Notes: a model not told the origin generated them from the sequence alone. Shown: positions 49,051 through 61,571, counted from the first letter of the stretch. The stretch is DNA of 64,000 nucleotides from Eubacterium sp. (GCA_045539215.1 JAZQEX010000067.1:7232-71231); one strand, 5' to 3'. Translations and numbers: made by a program.

Positions 49051-49419
49051 TTATTTTTTCTTGTTTGCAACGGTTCTTCTCGGACCTTTTCTTGTCCGCG
49101 CATTCGTCTTGGTCTTCTGGCCGCGAACCGGCAGACCCTTTCTATGACGGATTCCGCGATAGCATCCGATTTCCTGCAGTCTCTTGATGTTCATCGCAAC
49201 TTCACGACGCAGATCACCTTCTACGACCTGAGTCTGATCGATCACATCACTGAGACGCTTTACTTCTTCGGCCGTCAGATCTTTACAACGGGTATCCGGA
49301 TCAACGCCAGCCTCAGCGATGATGCGCTTAGCGCTGGAAACACCGATTCCGTAGATATAAGTAAGACCGATCTCTACACGTTTGTCTCTTGGTAAATCGA
49401 CACCTGCAATACGAGCCAT
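49051..49419 (-). CDS. rpsM: 30S ribosomal protein S13
   Basis: [22 protein letters not shown]. Confidence 0.98.
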   Translation of the reverse strand: MARIAGVDLPRDKRVEIGLTYIYGIGVSSAKRIIAEAGVDPDTRCKDLTAEEVKRLSDVIDQTQVVEGDLRREVAMNIKRLQEIGCYRGIRHRKGLPVRGQKTKTNARTRKGPRRTVANKKK

Positions 49420-49658
49420 GTGTGTTCATACCTCCATGATATTCTTTGTTCCGTTTTTTGTTCCATACAGCCGGCCCTCATACAGCTCCGGATCTCTCCG
49501 GCCTGAAATGTGTGCATGCACCAGCACTGTATTTTCGCTTCCCGCGTCCTCGGTATCAAAACGCAAAAAAGCCAGTGGAATCCACTGTTTTATGAATAAC
49601 AGCAGTCTAGACTGCTGCAGCCGCCTTCATAATAAATAAGAAAAAAGATTTGATAGAA

Positions 49659-49772
49659 TCATCCCTGACGCTGTTTATGCTTCGGGTTTTCGCAGATGAT
49701 TCGGATACGACCTTTGCGCTTAATGACTTTACATTTTTCGCACATCGGCTTCACTGATGAACGTACTTTCAC
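49659..49772 (-). CDS. rpmJ: 50S ribosomal protein L36 (Zn-binding form)
   Basis: GTG start, [13 protein letters not shown]...PKHKQRQG. Confidence 0.97.
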   Translation of the reverse strand: MKVRSSVKPMCEKCKVIKRKGRIRIICENPKHKQRQG

Positions 49773-49877
49773 AGTATCTTCCTCCTTTCTCAAACATCCG
49801 GAAATACGCATAGTACTCCCTTGTTCTTTTAAAGCGTCGGTAAAGATTATAGCATGACGCCAAACAGAATACAAGTA

Positions 49878-50096
49878 TTATTTTGCACGCCAGATAATAC
49901 GTCCTTTTGAAAGATCATAAGGGGAAAGCTCCAGTGTAACTTTGTCTCCCGGCAGGATACGGATAAAGTTCATACGCAGCTTACCGCTGATATGAGCCAG
50001 TACCTCGTGGCCGTTCTCAAGTTCTACCTGAAACATTGCATTCGGGAGTTTTTCTTTTACAATTCCCTCTACTTCAATGACATCCGCTTTTGACAT
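49878..50096 (-). CDS. infA: Translation initiation factor IF-1
   Basis: LPNAMF, HISGKLR, SPYDL. Confidence 0.98.
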   Translation of the reverse strand: MSKADVIEVEGIVKEKLPNAMFQVELENGHEVLAHISGKLRMNFIRILPGDKVTLELSPYDLSKGRIIWRAK

Positions 50097-50100
50097 TCAA

Positions 50101-50373
50101 CTAAACCTCCGCTTGTTTATACAATCTCAATGCCCTTTTAATGGTTAGATCCGTGCACTCACTGAGTGCCTCTGTTACGTTCTCCGGTAAATGGATGACG
50201 GGCTGTACGTGCCGTCTGTTCTTTTTCTTCGGACTCTCGATCGTCCTTTTTTCTCCATCTGCAAGAAGAACCTGATCGTCATCACTTGCAATGATGACAT
50301 ATGTTTTTCCTTTATCATGACCGCAGAGGGAAACACAAAGCTTCCCTCTAAGGTCTGTATCGTATGTTTTCAT
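50101..50373 (-). CDS. KOW-motif (L14e-like) RNA-binding protein
   Basis: GHDKG, ADGEKR, PKKKN; usual position before infA. Confidence 0.85.
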   Translation of the reverse strand: MKTYDTDLRGKLCVSLCGHDKGKTYVIIASDDDQVLLADGEKRTIESPKKKNRRHVQPVIHLPENVTEALSECTDLTIKRALRLYKQAEV

Positions 50374-51014
50374 TATCCTACGATTCCGATGATATCTGCA
50401 AACACCTTATCCATTGCCTGCATGCCGTCTACTTCTGAGAGGATTCCCTGCTCTTTATAGTAGTCGATCAGCGGCTGTGTCTGCTCATGATATACATTCA
50501 GACGATTCTGGACTGTTTCCGGTTTGTCATCATCACGAAGGATGATCTCGGAACCGCAACGGTCACAGATGCCTTCTTTTTTCGGCGGGATGTTAACGAT
50601 ATGGTAGGTTGCGCCGCAGTTTAAGCAGGCACGTCTTCCACCCATTCTCTCAACGATCTGTGCATCGTTTACTTCGATGTCGATCGCATAATCCATCTTC
50701 TGTCCGATCGCGCTGAGTGCCTCTGTCAGAGCCTCTGCCTGCGGGATCGTTCTCGGGAAACCATCCAGGATGAAACCGTTTGCACAGTCTTCTTTCTGGA
50801 TTCTGTCTACTACCAGGTCACAAACCAGCTCATCCGGAACCAGCTCACCGGCATCCATATAGCCTTTTGCTTTCTTTCCAAGCTCTGTGCCTTCCTTGAT
50901 ATTCGCACGGAAGATATCTCCGGTTGAGATATGCGGAATGCTGAACTTATCTGCGATCTGTTTTGCCTGTGTACCTTTTCCTGCGCCGGGTGCGCCAAGC
51001 ATGATGATTTTCAT
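50373..51014 (-). CDS. adk: Adenylate kinase
   Basis: [15 protein letters not shown], Zn lid. Confidence 0.98.
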   Translation of the reverse strand: MKIIMLGAPGAGKGTQAKQIADKFSIPHISTGDIFRANIKEGTELGKKAKGYMDAGELVPDELVCDLVVDRIQKEDCANGFILDGFPRTIPQAEALTEALSAIGQKMDYAIDIEVNDAQIVERMGGRRACLNCGATYHIVNIPPKKEGICDRCGSEIILRDDDKPETVQNRLNVYHEQTQPLIDYYKEQGILSEVDGMQAMDKVFADIIGIVG

Positions 51015-51099
51015 ATGGTTACCTCCCGTTTATGCCTTGCATACTGCATGAAACACCTTTAGGGAAGTACGGGATACGCACTTCCCTATGATTTTTAGG

Positions 51100-52422
51100 T
51101 TATGAATTCAGGAATCCTGAATAATTCCGAACCAGCATCTGCGAATCGATCTGCTTCAAGGTCTCAATAACAACACCGACGATAATGATCAGTGACGTAC
51201 CGCCAAATGAGATCGTGGCATTGAAAAATCCTTCAAAGAAGATCGGTATGATCGCAACGATCGACAGTCCGCATGCTCCGATGAAGATGATATATCCGAG
51301 CATTGTCTGCAGATAATCGCTGGTTGGTTTACCCGGGCGGATACCCGGAATAAATCCACCGGATTTCTTCATGTTGTTTGCGACTTCCAACGGATTAAAT
51401 GTAATCGTTGTATAGAAGTAAGCAAACGCGATGATCAGTAAAACATATACTGCCAGGCCGATCGTATATACCGGTCTCGCTCTGTCACACCAGTTTGACT
51501 GGCTTAACATGTTCAGGATAAATCCGCCGACACCGCCGGGGTTTTTCCCAAGCAGCTGTGTGATGACTACCGGGAACATCATGATCGACTGAGCGAAGAT
51601 GATCGGGATAACACCTGCCGTATTGACACGAAGCGGAATGTGTGAGGAATTTCCTCCAACCTGTGTTCTTCCTCCGAAAACTTTTCTGGAGTACTGAACC
51701 GGGATCCGACGCTCCGCACCCTGCAGCATAACAACCAGGATGATAACTGCCAGGATGATCGCAATGATGATCGCGCCTGCAAGGATCATATTCTGAATGT
51801 TTTTGCCGATGACGAACTGCTGCCATAACGCACGCAGGTCATACGGGATACGTGAAATGATGTTGATCGTCAAAACGATAGAAATACCGTTTCCGACACC
51901 TTTCTCCGTGATCCGCCCACCGATCCACATCAGTGTTGTGGAGCCGGCTGTCAGCGCCGCAACTGCCATAATGATGTGCAGTGCGTCATACTGAACCAGA
52001 TATCCCTGTCTGCCGAATCCGACTGCCATAGCAATGGACTCGCCAAGAGAAAGCGCAACGGTCAGATAACGGGTGATCGCCGTCATCTTCTTCCGTCCTT
52101 CTTCGCCTTCTTTATGCCATTCCTCAAATTTCGGAATCGCGATTGTCAGAAGCTGCATGATGATCGATGATGTGATGTACGGTGTAATGTTCAATGCAAA
52201 GATTGACATGTTCTCAAATGAACCACCAGTGATCGCATCAAAGAATCCCAGATTGCCGCTGCCGCCAAGATTTGCTTCCATCCACTGTTTGAAAAACTCG
52301 CCGTTTACTCCCGGCATCGGAATCTGACTTCCGATTCGGATCACCACCAGCATCAGAAATGTAAAGATCAGGCGCTGGCGGATTTCCGGTGTTTTAAAAG
52401 CATTTTTGATTTTGGTCAGCAT
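51100..52422 (-). CDS. secY: Preprotein translocase SecY
   Basis: ITPYITSSII, GNGIS, AGVIPIIFA, PGIRPG, GGTS. Confidence 0.98.
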   Translation of the reverse strand: MLTKIKNAFKTPEIRQRLIFTFLMLVVIRIGSQIPMPGVNGEFFKQWMEANLGGSGNLGFFDAITGGSFENMSIFALNITPYITSSIIMQLLTIAIPKFEEWHKEGEEGRKKMTAITRYLTVALSLGESIAMAVGFGRQGYLVQYDALHIIMAVAALTAGSTTLMWIGGRITEKGVGNGISIVLTINIISRIPYDLRALWQQFVIGKNIQNMILAGAIIIAIILAVIILVVMLQGAERRIPVQYSRKVFGGRTQVGGNSSHIPLRVNTAGVIPIIFAQSIMMFPVVITQLLGKNPGGVGGFILNMLSQSNWCDRARPVYTIGLAVYVLLIIAFAYFYTTITFNPLEVANNMKKSGGFIPGIRPGKPTSDYLQTMLGYIIFIGACGLSIVAIIPIFFEGFFNATISFGGTSLIIIVGVVIETLKQIDSQMLVRNYSGFLNS

Positions 52423-52865
52423 TAGATTACCTCTGCACTTCCCCCTGCTGCTTCGATTTTCTCCTTAGCAGATGCTGAGAATGCATTTGCCTGTACGGTA
52501 AGCTTTTTGGTCAGCTCGCCATTCCCAAGGATTTTTACACCATCTTTCGGATTGCGTACGATTCTGGTCTCAACAAGCATGTCCACTGTTACAACCGTAC
52601 CGTCCTCAAACCGCTCGAGAGCAGCTACATTTACCGGAATGATTTCCTTTGCGTTAATATTTGTAAAGCCGCGTTTCGGGATCCGGCGATATAAAGGCAT
52701 CTGACCACCTTCAAATCCCGGTCTCGGTGCTCCACCTGAACGAGCCTTCTGACCCTTATGTCCTTTACCGGCTGTCTTGCCGTTTCCGGAACCATGGCCT
52801 CTGCCCCTTCTGAAATTATTGCTGTGCTTGGAGCCTTCCGCCGGACTTAAATTTGATAAATCCAT
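52422..52865 (-). CDS. rplO: 50S ribosomal protein L15
   Basis: [14 protein letters not shown]. Confidence 0.97.
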   Translation of the reverse strand: MDLSNLSPAEGSKHSNNFRRGRGHGSGNGKTAGKGHKGQKARSGGAPRPGFEGGQMPLYRRIPKRGFTNINAKEIIPVNVAALERFEDGTVVTVDMLVETRIVRNPKDGVKILGNGELTKKLTVQANAFSASAKEKIEAAGGSAEVI

Positions 52866-52887
52866 CATGGTACCTCCTTCTCCTATC

Positions 52888-53070
52888 TTATACTTCTTCT
52901 ACTTCTACAAGATGTTTCACCTGGAATACCATGCCGCGGATTGCCGGGTTGTCCGGTTTCTCAACAGTAGCATGCATTTTACGCAGTCCAAGCGCTTCTA
53001 TGGTTTTTTTATGTTTTGGTTTCGCACCGATCGGTGACTTAACCAATGTGATCTTTAATGTATCAGCCAT
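52888..53070 (-). CDS. rpmD: 50S ribosomal protein L30
   Basis: KSPIG, LGLRK; synteny. Confidence 0.97.
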   Translation of the reverse strand: MADTLKITLVKSPIGAKPKHKKTIEALGLRKMHATVEKPDNPAIRGMVFQVKHLVEVEEV

Positions 53071-53085
53071 CGTAAACCTCCTGTT

Positions 53086-53595
53086 TTAACCTAAGATCTC
53101 GTCGATACTCTTACCGCGTGCTTTGGCAACTTCTTCCGGAGATTTCAACTGGCTAAGCGCATCGATCGTTGCAAGTACAACGTTCTGCTTGTTGTTTGAG
53201 CCCAGTGACTTTGTACGGATATTACGGATACCTGCAAGCTCGCAAACGCTACGTGCCGGACCGCCGGCGATAACACCGGTACCTTCCGGACTTCTCTTCA
53301 GCAGTACGTGTGCGCCGGTATGCTTTCCTTCAATATCATGTGTGATACTGTTGTTCTTATCCAGCTTTACCTCGATCAGGCGTTTTGTTGCATCTTCTTT
53401 TCCTTTGCGGATCGCTTCCGGAATTTCAGTTGCTTTGCCCAGGCCTGCGCCAACATGACCATTGCCGTCACCAACAACTACAAGGGCTGTAAAACGCATG
53501 TTACGTCCACCCTTTACTACTTTGGTGACACGCTTGATCGTTACAACTTTTTCTTCCAGCTCGAGCTGGTCAACATCAATAATTGTACGTTTCAT
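53086..53595 (-). CDS. rpsE: 30S ribosomal protein S5
   Basis: [18 protein letters not shown]. Confidence 0.98.
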   Translation of the reverse strand: MKRTIIDVDQLELEEKVVTIKRVTKVVKGGRNMRFTALVVVGDGNGHVGAGLGKATEIPEAIRKGKEDATKRLIEVKLDKNNSITHDIEGKHTGAHVLLKRSPEGTGVIAGGPARSVCELAGIRNIRTKSLGSNNKQNVVLATIDALSQLKSPEEVAKARGKSIDEILG

Positions 53596-53612
53596 GTGTT
53601 ACTCCCCTCCTG

Positions 53613-53981
53613 TTAAAAGTCTAATCCGGCTTCGCGAGCTGCGTCTGCCAGCGCCTGTACTTTACCCTGATAGATAAAACCGCCACGGTCGAATACGACT
53701 GTTGTGATGCCTGCATCCAGTGCCTTCTTAGCGATTGCGGTTCCAACCTGTGCGGCTGCATCTACGTTATTAGTTTTTTCACAGGCTTCTTTGATTTCTT
53801 TTTCAAGAGTGGAAGCTGCTGCCAGTGTACGACCGGCCTCGTCATCGATAATCTGAGCATACATATGGTTGTTGCTTCTGAATACAGCCAGACGCGGTCT
53901 TGCGGCAGTACCTGCCAAGTTTTTACGAACTCTAGCGTGTTTTTTTACACGATTTGCAGTTCTGGATTTTTTATTAACCAT
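53613..53981 (-). CDS. rplR: 50S ribosomal protein L18
   Basis: [16 protein letters not shown]. Confidence 0.98.
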   Translation of the reverse strand: MVNKKSRTANRVKKHARVRKNLAGTAARPRLAVFRSNNHMYAQIIDDEAGRTLAAASTLEKEIKEACEKTNNVDAAAQVGTAIAKKALDAGITTVVFDRGGFIYQGKVQALADAAREAGLDF

Positions 53982-54000
53982 TTTTAAGCCTCTCCTTTAA

Positions 54001-54537
54001 TTACTTACCGGTCTTACCAACCTTGCGTCTGATATGCTCGTCAGCATATTTAATGCCTTTGCCCTTATACGGTTCCGGACGTTTCTTGTCGCGGATCTCA
54101 GCCGCATACTGGCCGACTTTTTCCTTATCGATACCTTTGACGATAATTTTGTTACCGTCAACTTCTACTTCTACACCTTCCGGATCTTCCATCTCTACCG
54201 GATGAGAGAATCCAAGGTGAAGTGTCAGCTTTTTACCCTGCTTGATCGCACGGTAACCAACACCGTTTAATTCAAGATTCTTCTGATAGCCGGTGTGAAC
54301 ACCTACTACCATGTTGTTGATCAGTGATCTGGTCAGACCATGGAGTGCCCGGTTTCTCTTCAGATCATTCGGACGCTCTACGATGATCTCCGCACCTTCC
54401 TGTTTAATGGTCATTTCCTCCGGCAGCACTCTCTCGAGTGTTCCCTTCGGTCCTTTAACTGTCACCAGATTATTTTCTGCGATCGTAACGGTTACACCGT
54501 CCGGGACCGCGATTGGCATTCTTCCTACACGTGACAT
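54001..54537 (-). CDS. rplF: 50S ribosomal protein L6
   Basis: [14 protein letters not shown]. Confidence 0.98.
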   Translation of the reverse strand: MSRVGRMPIAVPDGVTVTIAENNLVTVKGPKGTLERVLPEEMTIKQEGAEIIVERPNDLKRNRALHGLTRSLINNMVVGVHTGYQKNLELNGVGYRAIKQGKKLTLHLGFSHPVEMEDPEGVEVEVDGNKIIVKGIDKEKVGQYAAEIRDKKRPEPYKGKGIKYADEHIRRKVGKTGK

Positions 54538-54556
54538 GCCCGTACCTCCTGTAATC

Positions 54557-54958
54557 TTACCAGACGAAAGCGAGTACCTCGCCGCCGACCTGTAATTTTC
54601 TTGCTTCTTTGTCTGTGATCACGCCCTGGTTTGTAGAAAGGATTGCTACGCCCAGACCGCCAAGCACACGCGGGATCTCATCTTTACCTGCGTAAACGCG
54701 AAGACCCGGCTTAGAGATTCTCTTGATGCCGCTGATGATCTTATCGTTCTTTGTTGCGCCATACTTCAGTGTAATATGGATCACATCAAATCCGCTCTCA
54801 TTAACGATTTCATATTTTGCGATATAGCCTTCTTTTTCCAGAATGTCAGCAATGGCTACTTTCATTTTTGAAGAAGGAACATCTACTGTGTCATGTTTTG
54901 CAGTATTGGCATTACGGATTCTTGTAAGCATATCTGCAATCGGATCACTCATTGTCAT
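54557..54958 (-). CDS. rpsH: 30S ribosomal protein S8
   Basis: [18 protein letters not shown]. Confidence 0.98.
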   Translation of the reverse strand: MTMSDPIADMLTRIRNANTAKHDTVDVPSSKMKVAIADILEKEGYIAKYEIVNESGFDVIHITLKYGATKNDKIISGIKRISKPGLRVYAGKDEIPRVLGGLGVAILSTNQGVITDKEARKLQVGGEVLAFVW

Positions 54959-54971
54959 GATTATTTCCTCC

Positions 54972-55157
54972 TTACCAACTACTCTTCTTTACGCCCGGGA
55001 TCTCGCCCTTATAAGCCAACTCACGGAAACATACTCTGCAGATACCGTATTTTCTAAGGTATGCATGCGGACGTCCGCAGATCTTGCAGCGGTTGTATTC
55101 TCTTGTGGAGAATTTCTGCTTACGCTGCTGTTTGATTTTCATAGATTTCTTTGCCAC
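54972..55157 (-). CDS. rpsZ: 30S ribosomal protein S14 type Z
   Basis: 61 aa, CKICGR..CRVCFRE. Confidence 0.97.
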   Translation of the reverse strand: MAKKSMKIKQQRKQKFSTREYNRCKICGRPHAYLRKYGICRVCFRELAYKGEIPGVKKSSW

Positions 55158-55172
55158 TATCCTATCCTCCTG

Positions 55173-55712
55173 TTAACGTGCAAATGGCATTCCGAACTGT
55201 GCCAGCAGCTCACGTCCTTCTTCGTCTGTCTGAGCTGTTGTAACAACGATGATATCCATACCTCTGATCTTGTCTACCTTATCGTACTCGATTTCAGGGA
55301 AGATCAGCTGCTCTTTGATACCCATGGAGTAGTTTCCACGTCCATCAAAGGAGTTCGGATTCACGCCGCGGAAGTCGCGGACACGCGGAAGTGCCAGGTT
55401 AACCAGGCGATCCAGGAATTCATACATACGCTCACTTCTGAGTGTAACCATGCATCCGATCGGCATGCCTTCACGAATCTTAAAGTTCGCAACGGATTTC
55501 TTAGCCTTTGTGATGACCGGTTTCTGACCGGAGATGATCTCCAGGTCTTTCATAGCGGACTCCAGGATCTTGGCATTTTCTTTTGCTTCACCAACACCCA
55601 TGTTGATTACGATCTTGTCAATCTTCGGAACCTGCATAACATTCTTGTAGCCGAATTTTTTGATCATCGCATCAACGATTTCATTTTCGTACTGTTCTCT
55701 CAGTCTGCTCAA
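55173..55712 (-). CDS. rplE: 50S ribosomal protein L5
   Basis: [20 protein letters not shown]. Confidence 0.98.
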   Translation of the reverse strand: MSRLREQYENEIVDAMIKKFGYKNVMQVPKIDKIVINMGVGEAKENAKILESAMKDLEIISGQKPVITKAKKSVANFKIREGMPIGCMVTLRSERMYEFLDRLVNLALPRVRDFRGVNPNSFDGRGNYSMGIKEQLIFPEIEYDKVDKIRGMDIIVVTTAQTDEEGRELLAQFGMPFAR

Positions 55713-55729
55713 TGTTAAGCCCTCCTTTC

Positions 55730-56035
55730 CTAATCAATCACATCGCCGGTCTTCTTTGCGTAACGAACTTTTTTGTCACCGTCAAATTTGAAGCCGATTC
55801 TGGTTGCTTCGCCTTTGTGCAGATACATTACGTTCGATACATGGATCGGACCTTCTTCTGTGATAATGCCGCCTGCAGGGTTAGCTGCGCCGGGCTTAAC
55901 ATGCTTTGTGCGCTGATTTACACCTTCTACGATTACGGTGTCTTTTTTCGGATCAACAGAGAGAACTTTTCCCTCTTTTCCGAGATCTTTTCCGGCGATC
56001 ACGCGAACGGTATCACCTTTTTTGATTTTCTGCAT
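55730..56035 (-). CDS. rplX: 50S ribosomal protein L24
   Basis: KKGD.V.VIAGKD, HVSNV. Confidence 0.98.
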   Translation of the reverse strand: MQKIKKGDTVRVIAGKDLGKEGKVLSVDPKKDTVIVEGVNQRTKHVKPGAANPAGGIITEEGPIHVSNVMYLHKGEATRIGFKFDGDKKVRYAKKTGDVID

Positions 56036-56046
56036 GATCCTACCTC

Positions 56047-56415
56047 CTACAATACTTCCGGAGCCAGAGAAACGATCTTCATGAACTGTTTCTCACGAAG
56101 CTCTCTTGCTACCGGTCCGAAAATACGGGTTCCTCTCGGTGTCTTGTCATCTTTGATGATGACTGCTGCGTTCTCATCGAAGCTGATGTATGAACCGTCT
56201 TTACGACGTGTGCTTCTCTTTGTACGAACGACAACTGCTTTTACGATATCACCTTTTTTGACAACGCCGCCTGGTGTTGCATCTTTAACCGTAGCAGTAA
56301 TAATGTCACCGATGTGTGCATATCTTCTGGTCGAGCCGCCCATTACGCGGATGCAAAGGATTTCTTTTGCTCCTGTATTGTCGGCTACTTTCAGTCTGCT
56401 TTCCTGCTGAATCAT
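56047..56415 (-). CDS. rplN: 50S ribosomal protein L14
   Basis: VADNTGA, GTRIFGP. Confidence 0.98.
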   Translation of the reverse strand: MIQQESRLKVADNTGAKEILCIRVMGGSTRRYAHIGDIITATVKDATPGGVVKKGDIVKAVVVRTKRSTRRKDGSYISFDENAAVIIKDDKTPRGTRIFGPVARELREKQFMKIVSLAPEVL

Positions 56416-56428
56416 ACTGACAGCCTCC

Positions 56429-56686
56429 TTATCTTGCTTTCTCGATAATCTCGACCAGTCTCCATCTCTTATCTTTGGATAACGGTCTGGTCTCCATGAC
56501 ACGTACTCTGTCGCCGATGCCGCACTCGTTGTTCTCATCGTGTGCCTTCAGGCGGTACGTTCTTTTTACGATCTTATTGTAAAGTGGATGTCTTACACTG
56601 TCTTCAATAGCAACCACGACCGTCTTATCCATCTTGTCGCTGACCACTTTTCCGACACGCGTCTTTCTCAGATTTCTTTCTTCCAC
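56429..56686 (-). CDS. rpsQ: 30S ribosomal protein S17
   Basis: SDKMDKT, ETRPLSK. Confidence 0.98.
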   Translation of the reverse strand: MEERNLRKTRVGKVVSDKMDKTVVVAIEDSVRHPLYNKIVKRTYRLKAHDENNECGIGDRVRVMETRPLSKDKRWRLVEIIEKAR

Positions 56687-56717
56687 AATGGTCTCCTTTC
56701 AAGGATCTTTCCTGTGA

Positions 56718-56918
56718 CTATTCCGCCTTTTCGGTCATAACAGTCTGGATCCTGGCAATATTTCTCTTGACTTCTTTGATTCTTCCTGTGTTCTCCAGCT
56801 GGTTTGTAGCATTCTGGAAACGCAGATTAAAGAGTTCTTTTTTTGCATCTACGAGCTGCTCTTTCAGCTGTGCAGCGTCGTAATTTCTTAATTCTTCTAA
56901 ATATTTACTTGATCTCAT
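56718..56918 (-). CDS. rpmC: 50S ribosomal protein L29
   Basis: [12 protein letters not shown]. Confidence 0.97.
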   Translation of the reverse strand: MRSSKYLEELRNYDAAQLKEQLVDAKKELFNLRFQNATNQLENTGRIKEVKRNIARIQTVMTEKAE

Positions 56919-57346
56919 TACTGTTCACCGCCTTCTAAATCCGCACGGGAAACAACCTTGCACTTGCACGGCAGTTTATGCGATGCAAGACGCAGAGCTT
57001 CACGGGCTGTGTCTTCAGGTACACCGGCAATCTCAAAAAGTACGCGTCCCGGTTTAACAACTGCTACCCAGTACTCCAGGGCACCTTTACCGGATCCCAT
57101 TCGGGTCTCAGCAGGTTTTGCGGTAACCGGCTTGTCCGGGAAAATCTTGATCCAGACTTTACCGCCTCTCTTTACGTGACGGGTCATCGCTACACGGGCT
57201 GCCTCGATCTGATTGGAACGAATCCAGCAGGGTTCGGTAGCAACGATACCAAATTCACCATTGGTGATCCGGGTTCCTCTGGTCGGTTTGCCGGCCATAG
57301 ATCCGCGGAACTGTTTCCGATGTTTTACTCTTTTCGGCATTAACAT
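56918..57346 (-). CDS. rplP: 50S ribosomal protein L16
   Basis: QIEAAR, RMGSGKG. Confidence 0.98.
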   Translation of the reverse strand: MLMPKRVKHRKQFRGSMAGKPTRGTRITNGEFGIVATEPCWIRSNQIEAARVAMTRHVKRGGKVWIKIFPDKPVTAKPAETRMGSGKGALEYWVAVVKPGRVLFEIAGVPEDTAREALRLASHKLPCKCKVVSRADLEGGEQ

Positions 57347-57996
57347 TATCTATCTCCCCCTTCTGCTTTCTTCGGAAGGATTTCGCCTTTGTAGATCCAA
57401 ACCTTAACACCTACTTTACCATAGGTTGTGTCTGCCTCAGCGAATCCATAGTCGATATCAGCGCGCAGTGTCTGCAGCGGGATGGTTCCCTCACTGTAGA
57501 ACTCGGTACGTGCCATATCAGCACCACCCAGACGTCCGGAAACGGAAGTCTTGATTCCAAGTGCACCGGCTCTCATGCAACGTCCCATGCAGGACTTCAT
57601 AGCACGACGGAAGGATACACGGTTCTCAAGCTGTGCAGCGATGTTTTCTGCAACAAGCTGTGCATCTTTGTCCGGTCTCTTGATTTCTTTGATGTCAACG
57701 ATGAGCTTTTTGTCAGTGAACTTCTGAAGGTCTTTTTTCACCTTCTCGATCTCTGCGCCGCCCTTACCGATAACAACGCCCGGTTTTGCGGTGTAGATTG
57801 TGATTTTAACACGGTCACTGGTACGCTCGATCTGGATATCAGAAATACCTGCGCTGTATAATTTTTTCTTCAGGAACTGTCTGATATTGTAATCTTCTAC
57901 GAGAAGGTCTGCAAAATTATCTTCTGCATACCATTTTGAACTCCAGTCTTTAATGACTCCTACTCGTAAACCATGGGGATTTACTTTCTGTCCCAT
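57346..57996 (-). CDS. rpsC: 30S ribosomal protein S3
   Basis: [18 protein letters not shown]. Confidence 0.98.
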   Translation of the reverse strand: MGQKVNPHGLRVGVIKDWSSKWYAEDNFADLLVEDYNIRQFLKKKLYSAGISDIQIERTSDRVKITIYTAKPGVVIGKGGAEIEKVKKDLQKFTDKKLIVDIKEIKRPDKDAQLVAENIAAQLENRVSFRRAMKSCMGRCMRAGALGIKTSVSGRLGGADMARTEFYSEGTIPLQTLRADIDYGFAEADTTYGKVGVKVWIYKGEILPKKAEGGDR

Positions 57997-58006
57997 AATA
58001 CTCCTC

Positions 58007-58393
58007 CTATTTCTCGTTCAGCACGATCGTAATGTGGCAGGTTCTCTTCTCGATACGATAAGCTCTGCCCTGTGCTCTTGGCCGGATACGCTTCATTGTC
58101 GGACCTTTGTTTGCGAAGCACTCTTCTACATAAAGGTCATCTGCTCTCAGTCCGTTGTTGTTCTCTGCATTTGCGATTGCAGATTCTAACAGCTTTTTGA
58201 TCACGCTGGAAGCGTAACGAGGATTGTAGGTTACGATAGCGAGTGCAGTTGCTACGTCCTTGCCGCGGATCGCGTCAAGTACGAAGCCTGCTTTCTGTGC
58301 AGACATTCTTGCGTAAGATAACTTAGCAGAAGGTCTGTTGTCTTTATTCGCATTTCTCTCTCTTTTGATCTGTGATCTATGCCCTTTTGACAT
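58007..58393 (-). CDS. rplV: 50S ribosomal protein L22
   Basis: SAIANAE, PRAQGRA. Confidence 0.98.
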   Translation of the reverse strand: MSKGHRSQIKRERNANKDNRPSAKLSYARMSAQKAGFVLDAIRGKDVATALAIVTYNPRYASSVIKKLLESAIANAENNNGLRADDLYVEECFANKGPTMKRIRPRAQGRAYRIEKRTCHITIVLNEK

Positions 58394-58409
58394 TTTTCAT
58401 AGCCTCCTT

Positions 58410-58691
58410 CTACTTTCTTCCGCTCTTCTTTTCGTCTTTACCGTGTCCTCTGTAGGTACGGGTTGCAACGAACTCGCCGAGTTTATGTCCAACCATGTCT
58501 TCCGTGATGTATACCGGGACATGTCTTCTGCCGTCATGAACGGCGATGGTATGTCCGACGAATGACGGGAAGATCATGGAACGACGGGACCAGGTTTTGA
58601 TAACCTGCTTGTCGCCGGATTCATTCATTGCATCGATCTTCTTTAATAAGCTTTCGTCTGCGAAAGGTCCTTTTTTTAATGAACGACCCAT
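58410..58691 (-). CDS. rpsS: 30S ribosomal protein S19
   Basis: [15 protein letters not shown]. Confidence 0.98.
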   Translation of the reverse strand: MGRSLKKGPFADESLLKKIDAMNESGDKQVIKTWSRRSMIFPSFVGHTIAVHDGRRHVPVYITEDMVGHKLGEFVATRTYRGHGKDEKKSGRK

Positions 58692-58707
58692 TTTCTTACC
58701 TCCCTAA

Positions 58708-59553
58708 TTACTTAATGGCTCTGCCGTCTCTTCTTCTGACGATCAGTTTGTTAGATGCTTTCTTCTTCGGTCTGGTCTTCAGGCCAAGTGCCGGTTTACC
58801 CCAAGGTGTGCACGGACCCGGACGTCCGATACCGGTCTTACCTTCACCACCACCATGCGGATGGTCATTCGGGTTCATAACAGAACCACGAACGGTCGGG
58901 CGGATGCCCATGTGGCGTTTCCGGCCTGCCTTACCCAGATTGATCAGGTTATGGTCACCGTTACCTACGACACCGATTGTCGCACGGCAGTTTGCCGGAA
59001 CCATACGCATCTCACCGGAGGGAAGACGAAGTGTTGCATATTTACCTTCTTTAGCCATCAGCTGTGCGGAGTTACCTGCAGAACGAACCATCTGTCCGCC
59101 CTTGCCCGGATGCAGCTCGATGTTGTGTACCTGTGTACCAACCGGAATGTTTGCAAGCGGGAGGCAGTTGCCTACGCGAACTTCTGCTTCCGGTCCGCTG
59201 ACAACGGTCATTCCGTCTGTCAGACCCTGCGGAGCCAGGATGTAAGCTTTTGTACCATCCTGATAGCAGATCAGTGCGATGTTAGCTGTACGGTTCGGAT
59301 CGTACTCGATACCGATTACCTTTGCCGGCATACCGTCTTTGCTGTTACGCTTGAAATCGATGATTCTGTATTTTCTCTTTGCACCGCCGCCGCGATGTCT
59401 TACTGTTATTTTACCCTGGTTGTTTCTTCCAGCCGTCTTTGAGGATGATACCAGCAGGGATTTCTCCGGAGTAGTTTTTGTGATCTCGGAAAAATCAGAG
59501 CCGGTCATGTTACGTCTGGAAGGTGTATACGGGTTATAAGTTTTGATTCCCAT
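58708..59553 (-). CDS. rplB: 50S ribosomal protein L2
   Basis: [17 protein letters not shown]. Confidence 0.98.
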   Translation of the reverse strand: MGIKTYNPYTPSRRNMTGSDFSEITKTTPEKSLLVSSSKTAGRNNQGKITVRHRGGGAKRKYRIIDFKRNSKDGMPAKVIGIEYDPNRTANIALICYQDGTKAYILAPQGLTDGMTVVSGPEAEVRVGNCLPLANIPVGTQVHNIELHPGKGGQMVRSAGNSAQLMAKEGKYATLRLPSGEMRMVPANCRATIGVVGNGDHNLINLGKAGRKRHMGIRPTVRGSVMNPNDHPHGGGEGKTGIGRPGPCTPWGKPALGLKTRPKKKASNKLIVRRRDGRAIK

Positions 59554-59569
59554 TGTATGCTCCTTTCAA

Positions 59570-59881
59570 TTACAGACCTGCAAAGATTTCGATATCCTTG
59601 CTGTCTTCCGTCAGTGTGACGATTGCCTTCTTGGTGTCAGCTCTCTTTCCGCTGATCACGCCCTGACGGGTGTTACGACGGCTAGATTTGCCTGTCTGGT
59701 TCATTGTGCGAACCTTCTCTACCTTGACATCGTCAAACATCTTCTCTACAGCTTCCTTGATCATGGCTTTGTTTGCCTCCGGATGAACCAGGAATGTGTA
59801 TTTTTTCTCTGCCATGAGATTCATGCTTTTTTCTGTAACCACTGGTTTGAGGATTACGTCATAGTACTGAATGTTTGCCAT
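59570..59881 (-). CDS. rplW: 50S ribosomal protein L23
   Basis: PVVTEKS, KKAIVTL. Confidence 0.97.
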   Translation of the reverse strand: MANIQYYDVILKPVVTEKSMNLMAEKKYTFLVHPEANKAMIKEAVEKMFDDVKVEKVRTMNQTGKSSRRNTRQGVISGKRADTKKAIVTLTEDSKDIEIFAGL

Positions 59882-60501
59882 TATGCATACACCTCCTCGA
59901 TGGTTGCAACGGCATCCTTTGTTACGACAACTGTGTCATATTTCAGGATGTCATATACATTGATGGTATTCGTCAGTGCGGTTTTGACATCTTTTACGTT
60001 AGCTGCTGAGCGGATGATGGTCTCATCATTGTCGTTTAATACGACCAGTGCTTTAGCTACGTTCAAGTTGTTCAGCACGTTTACGAAATCCTTTGTCTTG
60101 ATCGCATCCAGCTTCAGCTCATCAAGTACAACGAACTTGCTGTCAGCTACTTTTGCGGAAAGTGCAGATTTTAATGCTGCTCTCTTTTCCTTTTTGTTTA
60201 CCTTCTGTGTGTAGTCACGCGGTACCGGTGCGAATACAACGCCGCCGCCTGTCCACTGCGGAGATCTTGTTGAACCCTGTCTTGCATGACCGGTTCCTTT
60301 CTGTCTCCAAGGTTTTCTTCCGCCGCCGGATACTTCCGAACGGGTTTTGGCTTTCTGTGTGCCCTGGCGGTTGTTTGCCAGCTGTGCAACGACTGCCTTA
60401 TGTAACAGATGCTCGTTTGGCTCTACTCCGAAGATTGCATCATTGAGATCGATCGTTCCCACTTCTTCGCCAGCCATATTATAAACAGATACGGTTGCCA
60501 T
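59881..60501 (-). CDS. rplD: 50S ribosomal protein L4
   Basis: [14 protein letters not shown]. Confidence 0.98.
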   Translation of the reverse strand: MATVSVYNMAGEEVGTIDLNDAIFGVEPNEHLLHKAVVAQLANNRQGTQKAKTRSEVSGGGRKPWRQKGTGHARQGSTRSPQWTGGGVVFAPVPRDYTQKVNKKEKRAALKSALSAKVADSKFVVLDELKLDAIKTKDFVNVLNNLNVAKALVVLNDNDETIIRSAANVKDVKTALTNTINVYDILKYDTVVVTKDAVATIEEVYA

Positions 60502-60529
60502 CTGTATGTCCTCCTTTCCTCACTAAGCG

Positions 60530-61207
60530 TTAAGCCTTAACTGACTCTCTGATTGTAACCAGTGCTTTCTTCGGGCCCGGTACAGAGCCTTTGATCAGCA
60601 GCAGGTCGTTCTCCGCATCTACGCGAACAACTTCCAGATTCTGAACAGTTACTTTCACGCTTCCCATGTGACCCGGCATGCCTTTGCCCTTGAATACCTT
60701 GCTCGGGCTGGAGCATGCACCGTTGGAACCCTGATGGCGATGGAACTTGGAGCCGTGTGTCATCGGACCTCTGTGCTGTCCGTGACGCTTGATCGCACCC
60801 TGGAATCCCTTACCTTTGGAGATTGCAGTTGCATCGATCTTGTCACCGGCTTCAAAAATGTCTGCTTTGATCTCATCAGCCAGATTGTAATCTGCAGCGT
60901 TCTCAAACTTGAACTCGCGGACAAAACGTTTTCCGGATACGCCGGCTTTGTCGAAGTGTCCTTTCTGCGGCTTGTTTACGCCGTGACGGTTGCGGACTTC
61001 TTTTTTGCCTGTAGCGTCAACATTGACTGCCTTTTCCTTCTTGTCCACAAATCCTACCTGAACTGCAGCGTAACCGTCGTTTTCTTCTGTCTTGATCTGT
61101 GTTACACAGCAAGGACCAGCCTGCAGTACGGTAACCGGGATCATCTCTCCGCTCTCGTCGAAGATCTGGGTCATCCCGATCTTGGTTGCCAGAATCGCTT
61201 TTTTCAT
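60530..61207 (-). CDS. rplC: 50S ribosomal protein L3
   Basis: KIGMTQ, KGKGFQG. Confidence 0.98.
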   Translation of the reverse strand: MKKAILATKIGMTQIFDESGEMIPVTVLQAGPCCVTQIKTEENDGYAAVQVGFVDKKEKAVNVDATGKKEVRNRHGVNKPQKGHFDKAGVSGKRFVREFKFENAADYNLADEIKADIFEAGDKIDATAISKGKGFQGAIKRHGQHRGPMTHGSKFHRHQGSNGACSSPSKVFKGKGMPGHMGSVKVTVQNLEVVRVDAENDLLLIKGSVPGPKKALVTIRESVKA

Positions 61208-61259
61208 GATTTTCCTCCTTCTACAGCGGAACGCTTATGCGCTCATTCTAGAATGTTTG

Positions 61260-61571
61260 TTACTTCATTTTGATGTCGATACTTACACCAGCCGGAACTT
61301 CCAGTCTTGTCAGAGCATCTACTGTCTTCTGTGTCGGTGCGATGATATCGATCAGTCTCTTGTGTGTTCTCTGTTCGAACTGCTCTCTGGAGTCTTTGTA
61401 TTTGTGTACCGCACGAAGGATTGTTACAACTTCCTTCTTCGTGGGAAGCGGTACCGGTCCGCTGACCTCAGCTCCATTCTTCCGAACTGTCTCGATGATC
61501 TTCTTAGCGGATGCATCCACCATTTCATGATCATACGCTTTGAGGATGATTCTCATCTTCTGATTTGCCAT
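61260..61571 (-). CDS. rpsJ: 30S ribosomal protein S10
   Basis: LKAYDH, GPVPLPT, SREQFE. Confidence 0.98.
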   Translation of the reverse strand: MANQKMRIILKAYDHEMVDASAKKIIETVRKNGAEVSGPVPLPTKKEVVTILRAVHKYKDSREQFEQRTHKRLIDIIAPTQKTVDALTRLEVPAGVSIDIKMK

